The notes beneath the pieces were generated by a model, which worked only from the letters and a program-made list of their open reading frames with translations, was not told the DNA's origin and searched no databases. 64,000 bases of DNA from contig OX638351.1 of NCBI GenBank assembly GCA_951813565.1, positions 4,224,001-4,288,000 on the forward strand, written 5' to 3'. Shown here in pieces: positions 20,327 to 31,537 of this stretch. Position 1 is the first letter of the stretch. Each line of letters opens with the position of its first letter. This stretch comes from an uncultured Poribacteria bacterium. GTDB lineage: Bacteria > Poribacteria > WGA-4E > WGA-3G. The translations under genes were made by a program, and so were the position numbers.

Positions 20327-21325
20327 TTATGGATCCACAATCTTTGCATCAACAGTGTGATAGCCTAAGATGTCTACCGGTTTGACCTTAATCGAAATCT
20401 CATCTTGCGTGACTCCGCTGTTTGTTGTCGCTCTCGCGTAAACCTCAACAGGTCCTTTTTTCTTCGGTACCTGCCACTGCCACTTCCAGAGCACCCATGC
20501 AAGTGGTGTATCCTTCGCCCAAATTTCCGCTTCTTTCCATGTTTCCCCGTAATCAATGCTTACTTCTACCTTCTTGATTCCACCATGATGCCCCGCATCA
20601 AAAGCCGCTCCACTTACGATATAGGTAGAACCTGCGACGATTTCTTCTTCTGCACTGGGGGTTCCAATAACAGTAGCGAGTTTCACATTCGCAATAGGAT
20701 CCCACCCTCGTTTTTCCCAATAACTTTCGTGTTTTTCTGCTAATTGGATATTCACAATCCATTTCGGATTTTTAGTGCCATAATGACCGGGATTGAGCAA
20801 ACGGACAGGAAATCCGTGATCCGTAGGAAGGGGTTCACCGTTCATCTCATAAGCGAGAATTGTATCTTCGTGCATAGCATCCTCTAAAGGAATTGCCGTA
20901 TGATAACCGTCTTGACATCGAAATACAACAACTTTCGCATTGGCTTTAACACCTGCTTTCTGAAGAAGGTCACGCAAGCGGATACCTTTCCACTCCGCAT
21001 TCCCCATCTGTTCGGTACCAATCGGATCACCGATGCATTTCAAGGTTCGCATTGTCTCGACCGATTCTATCGCTTTGATGTCTTCAAGTCTAAACGATGT
21101 ACCGGGTTTCTCGACCAAGCCAGTAATAACTAATTGCCAATTTGCTGCGTTAATGACCTCAGGATCATCTATCTGAAGGATATAGAATTCTTCATTAGGT
21201 GTTATTAGAGTGTGAGGCTTAAGTATAAGTACAGGTATATCATCCTGCTGCGCCTCTAATTGAAGCGGCAAAACCATTCCTGCAGCACTTATCGCGCTTA
21301 ATTTGATGAAAGTCCTTCGTTTCAT
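20327..21325 (-). CDS. Sulfite-oxidase-family molybdopterin oxidoreductase with Tat signal
   Basis: MKRRTFIK Tat motif, TLKCIGD Mo-ligand Cys, NGEPLPTDHGFPVRLL, KNPKW, C-terminal dimerisation domain. Confidence 0.87.
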   Translation of the reverse strand: MKRRTFIKLSAISAAGMVLPLQLEAQQDDIPVLILKPHTLITPNEEFYILQIDDPEVINAANWQLVITGLVEKPGTSFRLEDIKAIESVETMRTLKCIGDPIGTEQMGNAEWKGIRLRDLLQKAGVKANAKVVVFRCQDGYHTAIPLEDAMHEDTILAYEMNGEPLPTDHGFPVRLLNPGHYGTKNPKWIVNIQLAEKHESYWEKRGWDPIANVKLATVIGTPSAEEEIVAGSTYIVSGAAFDAGHHGGIKKVEVSIDYGETWKEAEIWAKDTPLAWVLWKWQWQVPKKKGPVEVYARATTNSGVTQDEISIKVKPVDILGYHTVDAKIVDP

Positions 21326-21537
21326 TATATCTCCCTGTTTTGCGAATCTGGCTTGGTTTTATTGCCTCGCATCCGCATTGTTATTTTAGTTACACCTCTT
21401 ATCATGATGGCTGTACCGAAGGAGAGAAATAAAGGGAGTCCCCAATTCCAATGGTAGAAATAGTACGCGATAAAACATACAATCATTAAGACAATTAAAG
21501 TGTTCAAAAGTGCTTTGTTTTCGTACCATTTTTGCAT
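21325..21537 (-). CDS. Small two-TM membrane protein
   Basis: Two hydrophobic helices; stop overlaps the start of the oxidoreductase. Confidence 0.5.
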   Translation of the reverse strand: MQKWYENKALLNTLIVLMIVCFIAYYFYHWNWGLPLFLSFGTAIMIRGVTKITMRMRGNKTKPDSQNREI

Positions 21538-21746
21538 CTGTCTAAAGTTCTATTCTGAGTGGGTGCTCGTGGATTCAATCAACTCAGATTGAATAATCAT
21601 ATCAAAAATCAACTGTAACGTCTATAAATCAAAATTTATCACTCGGACTTCTGTGAATTTTTTCAGGGACAAAACGGAATTACCTCATATACTGATAATA
21701 GAATGATACCAAATATGATGATAAATTTCAATCCAAAATTATCTTT

Positions 21747-23070
21747 CTGATTTCCCCCAATTTTTGAGGGTCCATATTTGTTTGTATTCTCATAATAGTT
21801 GTGCAAAAGTGTTTTGTATGCTAAACTGCTTTCAAATCTTATTTTATAGCATATATTTTAGAGGTATTCCACTGAAACAGATTGCATCGGACAAAGTCCA
21901 TCCACGCGTGCTCATCCCACAAGTAAAACAAGGGTTCAAAAAAGTGTTGAAGCGTCCTGCTCTCAGAAATCTTATTTTGGTCATATTGGCGTGTCTTCAC
22001 ACGAAAACATTTCAAATAAGGACGATTTCGGCACACTTACCCGTTTGCGTTGCCCATTATAAAACGAAACAAAAACGACTGCTCCGGTTTATCAACTCAA
22101 ACTTTCCGACATCTATTGCTATGGAGGCGTGGTGTGTCTTTGTCTTATCGTGGTTATATGACAAAACAGGGCGTGTGCCCCGCACCCTGCTTGTAGATGA
22201 GAATGATATTCTCCGAGACTACAGGATTATTGTTATTGCTGTGCCATTTCGCAAACGCGCTATTCCGATCTATTGGAAAATCTACAAAAAAGACGCTTTT
22301 GACAAGATCGTCTACCCGAGCCATAATGTGCTTGTTCAAGAGTTTGGTTGCCAGTTCATCAAGCAGTTTGAAACCGCCTACCGAATGTCCAAAGACCGAT
22401 CCTCGTGTTTGACAGAGGATGTGCGCGCGCAAGGTATCTGATGAAACCTCTGATGGAAACTGGTATTGAGTTTGTCGGATGCGTTTGTCCAAATACTTGT
22501 TTTATTCCAAAGGACAACGCATCAAACTTGAGACACAGAAAAATACAGAGGCTTATCCTAACATATCTTATCACAGCACAGAGAAACTCAAACTGAACCT
22601 TTATGTTTTTAGAGATGTTCGCCATAAAGAACCGCTTTATCTCATTTCAAATAGTGGACAGAACGCACAACTCTATCGGCCTATAAAAAGCGGATGCGGA
22701 TAGAAGAATGTTTCCGAGATATAAAGACATTATTCGGGTTCTGGCATTTACGATTGAAGCAGCAAGAACTACCACGGATCGTATTATTATGGTTTATCGT
22801 TTGTATGAGTTATGGTATCTGTTTCCTCCATTTTGAAAAATCTGGGGAGCGGTGGATAAAAACCTATAATACACAAAAACATATTCACTCATTTTTGCTA
22901 TAAAAAGAATACTGGAGACAACCTGGGAACCAGACATTTTCCTTGACCCGTATTTTACTATAACCGATTGTGTGGGATAAAGTCCGTAGCAGTCCAGCAT
23001 TGACCTCCTCACACAAAGTATCTAAAAAACCTTATGCACATTTGTTTCTACAAAAACTGGGGTAAACCAG
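21747..23070 (+). mobile_element. Decayed IS4-like element with frameshifted transposase
   Basis: Imperfect TIRs CTGATTTCCCCCAATTTTTG / CAAAAACTGGGGTAAACCAG. Fragments LLVDEND, RAIPIYW, FDRG, EPLYLISN and RMRIEECFRDIK lie in different frames. Confidence 0.75.
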
Positions 23071-23162
23071 AATCATAAAGATTGTAAAAAGGTGATTGCC
23101 GTGGTAACATAATTCAAGCATATGTGGTGAAGGAACGAGCAACAAGGTAGCATGGAGGGAGT

Positions 23163-24980
23163 ATGAGCGTAAATAGATTTGATCGGTGGATTGGTAGAGA
23201 CCAATTGAGTCCCAATGAAATAGATGGTAACCGCTTCTTAAAAGCTGCAAGTCTCTTTGCAGGGACAGCGATACAATGCGGGAGAGACAAATACAGCGGT
23301 AAAGATATGCCACTCTTTGCCGACTGCCTTCATATTGACCATTTGAAGGCACCCAGATCAATGACATCTCACCGCTCAGGCACAGAGCCAAAACCGACGG
23401 TTTGGAGTTTCTTTCAAAATCAGCAGAACTTGATGCGGTTGCTTGGCTCTTTAAGCCAGTTCACTGGAGATAGCAAATATGTCTATGCCGCAGGGGAATC
23501 CGCTGAATACATGTTCAATAACTATTGGTATCCAGAAAGTGGCGTTCTGCATTGGGGCGGACACGGCTATGTGGACTTAGTTACCGGTAATAGATATGGT
23601 ATGAAGGGCGTTGTCCACGAAATAGAGGATGTTTATCCGTACTGGGAGTTGCTGAGAACCGTGGATGCCGACCGTGGCGAGATGCTGATGAAAGGTATTT
23701 GGGAAGTGAATATAAAGGATTGGGATGCCTTACACTACAACCGACACGGTGATTTCAAAAAGCAGGTTGATCATGCTAACACATGGAATAGACCCTGGGA
23801 TGGATACAAAGAACCCAAAATCAGTGGAGACCTCTCGTTTATTAGTGTGGCACTGGATTTGGCTTATGCTGGTTATAGCTTGGGCTACCAAAAGCAGGAG
23901 GAGGCACCGCGTATTTGGGCGGAACGCCTCTTAAATCTGATTATAAAACAGCGAGACTCAGAGACTGGCATCTGGCCCAATCTTGTTCATCCGCAAAGTG
24001 CCAAACGAGGGCTTAATGTATTCGGCAGAAAATATCCACAAGCGACTGAACCGAGAGTCTATGTAGGCAATCAGTTGAATCACACCATTACCCAGATGAT
24101 GGGTATGCTTACAATCGTAGAGAATGCCGAAAAGTATGGTCGTATCGGTGAGATGGCGCACATCAAAGAAGCGGTTGAGCAACACATCATCGGTTTCCTA
24201 AATGCCTCCTACGATCAGAAAAGCAATACATTGAAAAGTATCGTGATTGATGGAACGGATCTCACAGATTTTCGGATAAAGGGACCTTTCAAGACAGAGA
24301 AACTTTACTTTGGTGCGAAAGAAGGCGGCACATTTCTGCCGCAGAACATTACGCCGCTTTTTACCTCAGTTTGTGCGCGTGGATATCGTGTTTCTGGTGG
24401 CAGAAGTGAATTCAGGGATTACTTACGGACCATGTTTAAAGCCTTTGGTATTGGAGACATCGGTGCTGACAAAAACAGCCAACCGATGTTAGATTATGAC
24501 ACAACTGCTCTGGAACCCGCTTATATCTTCGCTCTGATTGATCTGTATCGGGTAGAACCGAAGACGGAATTTCTGGCAATGGCGGAGCGAATAGGGGACA
24601 ACCTGCTGCAAGGCAGACAAGATGCCGATAGCGGTCTTTTTACGCTTGAAGATGGTTTTATTTTTCATAGTCGGGTTATGGATAAACCTGAACTACAGGA
24701 GGGACATGAAGGGAAAAGCGTGGCTGAACTTCTGCAGGATACACACAGAACCGCAAACCTTGATGCGATGGAGCCCTTAGCACTGCTCAGCATCTACGCT
24801 GCACAAACCGGACAGTACAACCTCATGCCTGGATGGACAGCCGGCGGGCTTTACCTCAAGGTGAGCAGCGTCGGTCATATAGTAAGCAGAGAAATGCAGC
24901 TATGGTTTGATAAGCCTGCACTCAAGCAATTTTACAAGGACAATAATATCAACTGCACCTGGGATATTGATGAAGGCTGA
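23163..24980 (+). CDS. Polysaccharide lyase family 2-like (pectate/oligogalacturonate lyase) protein
   Basis: QNQQNLMRLL..LS..TGD.KY, LHWGGH, HE, YNRHG, DLAYA motifs as in PL2 (PelW/PelY). No evident signal peptide. Confidence 0.65.
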   Translation: MSVNRFDRWIGRDQLSPNEIDGNRFLKAASLFAGTAIQCGRDKYSGKDMPLFADCLHIDHLKAPRSMTSHRSGTEPKPTVWSFFQNQQNLMRLLGSLSQFTGDSKYVYAAGESAEYMFNNYWYPESGVLHWGGHGYVDLVTGNRYGMKGVVHEIEDVYPYWELLRTVDADRGEMLMKGIWEVNIKDWDALHYNRHGDFKKQVDHANTWNRPWDGYKEPKISGDLSFISVALDLAYAGYSLGYQKQEEAPRIWAERLLNLIIKQRDSETGIWPNLVHPQSAKRGLNVFGRKYPQATEPRVYVGNQLNHTITQMMGMLTIVENAEKYGRIGEMAHIKEAVEQHIIGFLNASYDQKSNTLKSIVIDGTDLTDFRIKGPFKTEKLYFGAKEGGTFLPQNITPLFTSVCARGYRVSGGRSEFRDYLRTMFKAFGIGDIGADKNSQPMLDYDTTALEPAYIFALIDLYRVEPKTEFLAMAERIGDNLLQGRQDADSGLFTLEDGFIFHSRVMDKPELQEGHEGKSVAELLQDTHRTANLDAMEPLALLSIYAAQTGQYNLMPGWTAGGLYLKVSSVGHIVSREMQLWFDKPALKQFYKDNNINCTWDIDEG

Positions 24981-25127
24981 AATGGCTGTCAGCAAATAGG
25001 TTGTGTTTTACAGAAGTCTCTTTACTGATGGCTGAAAACTGATAGCTAATAAAAATGTTGACAATCTCCTCAAATTTAGCATATCATAGCGATAAGTCTT
25101 GCAACGTTGCTATCAAAGGAGAAAATT

Positions 25128-25898
25128 ATGAAAATTATGCGTATCCGAATCCTGGTTTGGCTATTTGTCATAAGTCTTATAATGCCCGGTATACTTTCGG
25201 CAAAGAACTTAGCACTTGAATTAGATGGCTCTACGGCGATTGAAGTTCCTAATAGCGATAGTATCAATCCTAAAAAAGCCATAACGATTGAGGCGTGGAT
25301 GAACATGGAAAAACCGGTTGGCGAATGCGTTGCTAAAGATTGGGGCGGTCGAAGGGATTACATTTTTCCAGAGATTATCCAAAATGGAGCGGGATTGCGA
25401 TTTGTACTCTGGCCTGGAACGAAAATCCTTGATGTCCAGGGCTTAAAACTCAATGAATGGCAGCATGTTGCTGGTGTCTGGGACGGAAAAGAGATGCGGA
25501 CGTATATTGATGGAAAAAAGATGGGAAGTACGCCCTATGATGCACCTGAGTTAGCTGCCACTGGTGCAAGTCTATATATCGGTGTGGGAGACAGTAAAAA
25601 TTGGTTTTGCCAAGGGCTTATTGACGAAATTCGCATTTGGGAAGTGGCCCGGACTGAAGCGGAAATTAACGAATTCATGATGAAAACACTTAACGGAGAT
25701 GAGGACGGTTTAAACGCGCAGTACAGTTTTGATGAAGGGGATGCAAGAGATAGTACCCCGAACAAGAATGATGGTGATGATGGTTTTGGTAAACCCGTAT
25801 ATGTTGATGTCACGAACCAACTGAAACTTGAACCGCTTTCTGTAGATGTTAAAGATAAACTTACTATAACATGGGCTTGGTTGAAGCGAACTCGCTGA
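25128..25898 (+). CDS. Secreted LamG/concanavalin-A-like domain protein
   Basis: Signal peptide, ITIEAWM, WQHVAGVWDG, GLIDEIRIW, C-terminal SVDVKDKLTITWAWLK. Confidence 0.85.
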   Translation: MKIMRIRILVWLFVISLIMPGILSAKNLALELDGSTAIEVPNSDSINPKKAITIEAWMNMEKPVGECVAKDWGGRRDYIFPEIIQNGAGLRFVLWPGTKILDVQGLKLNEWQHVAGVWDGKEMRTYIDGKKMGSTPYDAPELAATGASLYIGVGDSKNWFCQGLIDEIRIWEVARTEAEINEFMMKTLNGDEDGLNAQYSFDEGDARDSTPNKNDGDDGFGKPVYVDVTNQLKLEPLSVDVKDKLTITWAWLKRTR

Positions 25899-25930
25899 TA
25901 GTTGTCAGCCACCCGAAAGGAGCACCGAAA

Positions 25931-26734
25931 ATGGCGAAAGTCCTCTCACTCGTAGCATATAACGATTTAGAAAGTCAAGTTGAAGCACTTGAAAGGGATG
26001 GTTATGCCTATTTTCCCAGTGTGCTTGATGCTGAGGAGATCGCTGAATTGCGAGCAACTATGGATCGATTAGAGGCGATTCCAGAGTGCTTAGATACACA
26101 CCAAACGCCCCAAAATGGTGGAAAATTCCTCAACAAAATCATTAACAACTCCTTTAATCGAGATCCGCTGTATCTCCAATTCCTTGACAAATCACCCATT
26201 ATTGAGGTAGCCGAAGCGACGCACGGTGACGATTGTCATTGCATCGGTATGCAATCGTGGCTAACAGGCCCAGGACGTCCAGATCAGGGGTTACATACCG
26301 ATTGGCTGCCAGTTCCATTACCGGCAGACATTCGTTCAGATCCACGCGTCAAAATCCCAATCTTCATCACCACCGCCCATTACTATCTCAATGATATGTC
26401 CGAGGAATTGGGACCGACGAAGTTTGTTCCAGGCAGCCATTTTTCCGGTTGCTCCCCAAGCGGTGCAACCGAGTGGAATAACCGGGGTGAAGAGAGTATC
26501 TTATGCAATGCGGGGGATGTGGTGTTGTTCCGTAGTGAAGTCTGGCATCGCGGTTCAGCTAATACGACTGACGAAACCCGTTACCTCTTACAGGTACACT
26601 ATGCCAAACGGATGATTACACAGAAATATCCTCCTTATCTGAACAGATTTCAGTTTGATGAATCAATTCTCGCCCAAACGAACCCTCGGCAGAGACGGCT
26701 CCTCGGCGATCATCGACCCAGTAACTATGATTGA
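25931..26734 (+). CDS. Phytanoyl-CoA dioxygenase (PhyH) family protein
   Basis: LERDGY, HTD, GPTKFVPGSH, WHRGSAN facial-triad motifs. Confidence 0.88.
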   Translation: MAKVLSLVAYNDLESQVEALERDGYAYFPSVLDAEEIAELRATMDRLEAIPECLDTHQTPQNGGKFLNKIINNSFNRDPLYLQFLDKSPIIEVAEATHGDDCHCIGMQSWLTGPGRPDQGLHTDWLPVPLPADIRSDPRVKIPIFITTAHYYLNDMSEELGPTKFVPGSHFSGCSPSGATEWNNRGEESILCNAGDVVLFRSEVWHRGSANTTDETRYLLQVHYAKRMITQKYPPYLNRFQFDESILAQTNPRQRRLLGDHRPSNYD

Positions 26735-26850
26735 GGCAACACGTAATTTGAGGTGCGTCCTTGCTGGATTCAGACGGTTGGGTAGTCAGTAGTGCACGCC
26801 TTAAATTGCTGAACTTTGGACAATTTTAAAATCCTCATGGAGTACTGAAA

Positions 26851-27654
26851 ATGGCGAAGGAACTTTCACTTGTGGCATACACCGATTTAGAAAGCCAAGT
26901 TGAAGCACTGGAAAGGGATGGTTATGTCTATTTCCCTCGCGTGCTTGATGCTGAGGAAGTCGCCGTATTGCGCGCTGCCATGGATCGATTAGAGGCAATC
27001 CCTGAGTCTCATGATCGGGACGAAACACCTCAAAATGGCGATGCATTCCTCCACAAACTCATCAGTAACTCATTTAATCGCGACCCTTTGTACCTCCAAT
27101 TCCTTGACAAATCACCTGTTATTGAAGTTGCCGAGGCAGCACATGGCGAGGATTGCCATTGCATCGGTATGCATTCGTGGTTGACAGGACCAGGGCGTCC
27201 GGATCAGGGGTTACACACAGATTGGCTGCCAATTAGTTTACCAGCAGATATTCGTTCCGATCTGCGTGTCAGAATCCCAATCTTCATCACCACTGCTCAT
27301 TACTATCTCAATGATATGTCCGAGGAATTAGGGCCGACGAAGTTCGTCCCAGGCAGCCATTTCTCTGGATGCTCTCCAAACGGGGCAACAGAATGGAATA
27401 ACAGAGGAGAAGAGAGTATCTTGTGTAATGCGGGGGATGTGGTGCTTTTCCGCAGTGAAGTTTGGCATCGTGGCTCCGCCAATACGAGTGACGAAACCCG
27501 TTATCTCTTGCAGGTACACTATGCTATGCGTATGATTACACAGAAATACCCGCCTTATCTGAATAAGTTTCAGTTTGATGAATCGATCCTCGCGCAAGCG
27601 AATTCTCGGCAGAGACGGCTCCTCGGCGATCATCGACCGAGTAATTATGATTGA
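26851..27654 (+). CDS. PhyH family protein, tandem paralog of 25931..26734
   Basis: Same length (267 aa) and near-identical sequence. Confidence 0.88.
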   Translation: MAKELSLVAYTDLESQVEALERDGYVYFPRVLDAEEVAVLRAAMDRLEAIPESHDRDETPQNGDAFLHKLISNSFNRDPLYLQFLDKSPVIEVAEAAHGEDCHCIGMHSWLTGPGRPDQGLHTDWLPISLPADIRSDLRVRIPIFITTAHYYLNDMSEELGPTKFVPGSHFSGCSPNGATEWNNRGEESILCNAGDVVLFRSEVWHRGSANTSDETRYLLQVHYAMRMITQKYPPYLNKFQFDESILAQANSRQRRLLGDHRPSNYD

Positions 27655-27675
27655 TTGCCTTAATTCTATAAAGAA

Positions 27676-28611
27676 ATGATGACATTGAACATACCGAAAA
27701 AAATCCCAACAGGCGCACCCTTTCAATTCGGTGAGCACCGTTTTCATTTTGGTGAGGAGATCGTCGAATTAGCAGATTCCACCGCACTTCTCAATAATCT
27801 TGATGCGTTGGACAAAAAGATGCGTGAGGATGGGTACCTATTTATTCGAGGTTTCCATCCGCGGGCACATGCGGAGAAAGCTGCACATTGGACATTACAA
27901 GCTATTGCGGAAAGGGGAGGCATAAAGCATGACACGCCCGTTGAAGAGGGTATCGTCGGGAAAGCGAATCGGACATTTAGCTTTTTTCGACAAACTGAGG
28001 TGGCGCATGCCAAACCGATTCTTAATGTTGTGGATAGCCAGCGAACGATGCAGTTCTACGAAGAATTCCTTGGTGGTTCGGTCATTACGTTTGATAAACG
28101 GTGGCTCCGTTGCATGGCGATGGGTGGGCACAATCATTTTCACTACGATAGCGTTTACGTTGGGCGCGGCACACAGAACCGGTACACGATGTGGAGCGCA
28201 TTGACGGATATCGGTCTGGAAAATGGGCCGCTCGTCATCTGCCTTGGTTCCCATCGGCACGAACGATTAAAGTCCACTTATGGCGCGACCGATATGGACC
28301 GCGATTTGACGGAAGCCGTGTTCAGTACCGACCCACGCGAGATGGTTGAGAAATTTGGATTCACGTTGGCAACAGCACATTTCCAACCGGGTGACGTTAT
28401 TATTTTTGGGCTTTACATGATGCACAGCAGTGCTCCCAATCGTTCTGACCGCTATCGTATCAGCATTGATACGCGATATCAACTTGCTCGTGAAGAGAAG
28501 GATGACCGCTTCTTTTTCCGTGAAGATGGCAGTTGGCTCGGTAATTTTTACAACAAAGATGTGAGTTACAGACCGATGGCGGAACTCCGCCATGAGTGGG
28601 GATTGGTATAA
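27676..28611 (+). CDS. PhyH family protein
   Basis: REDGYLF, HYD, NGPLVICLGSH, MHSSAPN, RISIDTRYQ. Confidence 0.85.
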   Translation: MMTLNIPKKIPTGAPFQFGEHRFHFGEEIVELADSTALLNNLDALDKKMREDGYLFIRGFHPRAHAEKAAHWTLQAIAERGGIKHDTPVEEGIVGKANRTFSFFRQTEVAHAKPILNVVDSQRTMQFYEEFLGGSVITFDKRWLRCMAMGGHNHFHYDSVYVGRGTQNRYTMWSALTDIGLENGPLVICLGSHRHERLKSTYGATDMDRDLTEAVFSTDPREMVEKFGFTLATAHFQPGDVIIFGLYMMHSSAPNRSDRYRISIDTRYQLAREEKDDRFFFREDGSWLGNFYNKDVSYRPMAELRHEWGLV

Positions 28612-28634
28612 TACCATTATTAAGGAGGATTCGT

Positions 28635-30275
28635 ATGGTTTACAAGCAATGGAATTTTGCGGTTTTAATCGTTATCTTGATTTTTTACTGGGTTGGAAAC
28701 AGTGTAGCAGCAAAAAATACAACTGCAACCGGCACTGTGTTTTTAGATACAAACAAAAACCGAGTGAAGGACGACAATGAGAAGGGGTTATCTGGTGTTC
28801 GCGTCTCTAATGGGCAGGATGTTGTCCAAACCGATGCTAACGGGCAATACTCGCTCACAGTCAGTGATGACAACATTCTGTTTGTCATTAAGCCCCGTGG
28901 GTTTATGACACCAGTTGATGAAAATCGTCTCCCGAAATTTTATTACATTCACAAACCGCACGGCTCACCAAAAGGACTGAAGTATGCTGGTATCGCACCA
29001 ACCGGTCCATTACCAACGTCTATTGATTTTCCACTTTTTGAACAACTCGAACCTGATACCTTCAAGGTGCTCGTCTTTGGGGATACACAACCTCGTAATA
29101 TGCAAGAGATTGAGTGGTTAGCACATGATGTGATTGAAGAAGTTATTGGAACTGATGCAGTGTTCGGACTCAGCCTTGGCGATTTGGTAGGAGACAATTT
29201 AAAGTTATTCCAACCTCTTAACGAAGTGATGGCTACTGTTGGGATACCATGGTACAACGTCCACGGTAACCATGATATGAACCGTCTTGCTACCGATGAC
29301 CGTTATGCCGATGAGACATTCGAGCGGGTTTACGGTCCCACGTGCTATTCTTACGATTGGGGCCCAGTCCATTTCATAAACATCGACAATGTGCACTTTC
29401 TCCCCGATAAGGTTGATAATCCTCCCTACTTGAGTGAAATAGGAGAACGGCAGTTGACGTTCATTCGAAATGATCTTGCTTTTGTGCCGAAAGATCAACT
29501 TGTTGTTGTATCCATGCATATTCCGTTGACCGAGATGCGTGATGTGGAGAAATTGATGAATCTACTCGGTGACCGACCCCACACCTTATCCCTGTCTGCA
29601 CACACGCACATCCAACGGGATGACTTTGTCGGAGCGGAGCACGGTTGGCATGGCGATGACCCACATCATCACCACAATCATGCAACTACATCGGGCAGTT
29701 GGTGGCAAGGGTCGCTTGATGAAATCGGTATTCCTCACACAACCATGCGAGATGGTGCACCAAACGGGTATGGCATCTTCACTTTTAGCGGAAATAAATA
29801 TTCAATTCGGTTTAAAGCCGCCCGTCGTCCAGCGGGTTATCAGATGAATATATGGACTCCATGGGAAGTTGTGTCAAAGGACACTGGCAAAACAGATGTA
29901 CTCGTTAATATTTTTGGCGGCACCAAACGTTCAAAGGTTGAAATGCGTCTTGGTGAAGACGAGGAATGGCTACCGATGATCTATATGCCGCAGAAAGACC
30001 CATACTTTCAAGCACTCAAGGAGCGGGACGAAACGTACCACCTTGAGCGGAAAATGCATACTGCACTACGGGAAACAATGAAACTGATGTTGAAGGAAGA
30101 GGACCAGCTGCCACAAAGGGGGAAGCGACTTGTTTACGGCGTTCCAAGATCATGGCACATCTGGCAAGCGAAACTCCCAGCGAATGTCCGCAAAGGCACG
30201 CACGTTATATACGTCCGTACGACTGATATGTTTGATCAAACTTTCACAGGGCGCCGAATCATCCGAGTGCGCTAA
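28635..30275 (+). CDS. Calcineurin-like metallophosphoesterase with N- and C-terminal accessory domains
   Basis: GGAGG RBS, signal peptide, GDTQ, GDLV, GNHD, HIP, AHTH, DGAPNGY. Confidence 0.87.
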   Translation: MVYKQWNFAVLIVILIFYWVGNSVAAKNTTATGTVFLDTNKNRVKDDNEKGLSGVRVSNGQDVVQTDANGQYSLTVSDDNILFVIKPRGFMTPVDENRLPKFYYIHKPHGSPKGLKYAGIAPTGPLPTSIDFPLFEQLEPDTFKVLVFGDTQPRNMQEIEWLAHDVIEEVIGTDAVFGLSLGDLVGDNLKLFQPLNEVMATVGIPWYNVHGNHDMNRLATDDRYADETFERVYGPTCYSYDWGPVHFINIDNVHFLPDKVDNPPYLSEIGERQLTFIRNDLAFVPKDQLVVVSMHIPLTEMRDVEKLMNLLGDRPHTLSLSAHTHIQRDDFVGAEHGWHGDDPHHHHNHATTSGSWWQGSLDEIGIPHTTMRDGAPNGYGIFTFSGNKYSIRFKAARRPAGYQMNIWTPWEVVSKDTGKTDVLVNIFGGTKRSKVEMRLGEDEEWLPMIYMPQKDPYFQALKERDETYHLERKMHTALRETMKLMLKEEDQLPQRGKRLVYGVPRSWHIWQAKLPANVRKGTHVIYVRTTDMFDQTFTGRRIIRVR

Positions 30276-30295
30276 CTTGGTATTTATGTTGTGGT

Positions 30296-31456
30296 TTACG
30301 CCATTACACTCTCTATCCATGCTTCATCAATTTCAAGACCGAAGCCGGGAGCATCTGACGGAACAAGGTAACCGTCTTTGATGACTGCTGTTCCGGGCAA
30401 TTTAACCATCTCTTCAAGTGGCACACCTGGTGCAGAAACGCCTTCCGAACGTTCACCCCACGTGATTGCAGGCATAGCAAAAGCAAGATGTTGTCCATAA
30501 GGGTAATTCATGCCGCCATGCGTAATCACCGAGATACCGTTTGCTTCAGCAATATGGCAGATTTTCATTGCAGCGGTAATGCCACCACACCACAAAACAT
30601 CTGGCTGGAATATGTCGACCAATCTTTGACCCGCTGCTGCCGCAAAGACGGTTGGCAAGTACCAATGTTCTCCTGTGGCAAGCGTTTGCCACGGTATACG
30701 TTGTCGGACCGTTTGGTATCCCACCAGATCATCAGCAGAAATGTAATCTTCCATCCACTTTAAGCCGTAAGGTTTCATGGTTTCACAAACACGCACCGTG
30801 TATTCTACATCAAAGTTGGTCCACGCATCCAACATTAATTCGACGTTACCGCCGATTACCTCTCTCGTGTTTGCCACTAATTCTTCAAGTTTTCGCAAAC
30901 CTTCTAATCCATCTTCTGGACCGTACGGTGTAAATAGCTTTGTCGCTTTGAATCCAAGTTCCATATACCATTCCTGATCAAAACCGGAAGCATAACACAA
31001 TATCTTTTCCTTTTGAGGTCCACCAAGAAGTTCGTAAACAGGTCTTTTCAGGATTTTCCCTTTAAGATCCCACAATGCACAATCAACAGCACTGATAGCA
31101 TAACTTGTCAAACCGGTTGCGCCAAATGCAGTTGATAATCGCACCATCATGTCCCATATTTTTTCGGTTGCCATGCAATTCTGTCCAACAAGATGTGGTG
31201 CAAAGTGGTCTGTAATAATCTGGATGACCGGTCCGCCGTAGAGTGAAATTCCGAAACCCCAGGTACCGTCTTCAGCCGTAATAATACAAGCAGGTCTTTT
31301 CCATTCCGCTTGTGAGATGTGCGTAGAATTTGATGTTTGATAACGGTCAATTGGGCGGTTCAAGCGGTAGGTTTTTGCGCGACTCGGTTTGCGTGGCGGG
31401 GTCTTTGGTTTCGGATTTAATGTAACTTCTACAACGCGAATGTCCTTGATTTTCAT
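30296..31456 (-). CDS. Mandelate racemase family dehydratase (L-rhamnonate dehydratase-like)
   Basis: SYAISAVDCALWDL, LMLDAW, WMED, TGEHW, QPDVLWCGG. Confidence 0.82.
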   Translation of the reverse strand: MKIKDIRVVEVTLNPKPKTPPRKPSRAKTYRLNRPIDRYQTSNSTHISQAEWKRPACIITAEDGTWGFGISLYGGPVIQIITDHFAPHLVGQNCMATEKIWDMMVRLSTAFGATGLTSYAISAVDCALWDLKGKILKRPVYELLGGPQKEKILCYASGFDQEWYMELGFKATKLFTPYGPEDGLEGLRKLEELVANTREVIGGNVELMLDAWTNFDVEYTVRVCETMKPYGLKWMEDYISADDLVGYQTVRQRIPWQTLATGEHWYLPTVFAAAAGQRLVDIFQPDVLWCGGITAAMKICHIAEANGISVITHGGMNYPYGQHLAFAMPAITWGERSEGVSAPGVPLEEMVKLPGTAVIKDGYLVPSDAPGFGLEIDEAWIESVMA

Positions 31457-31537
31457 AGTATACCTTTTATGCGTGTTCAACTCTCTACCGGTATTATATC
31501 AAAACCATCATGTAATTGCAACCCCGACCCAGATACA

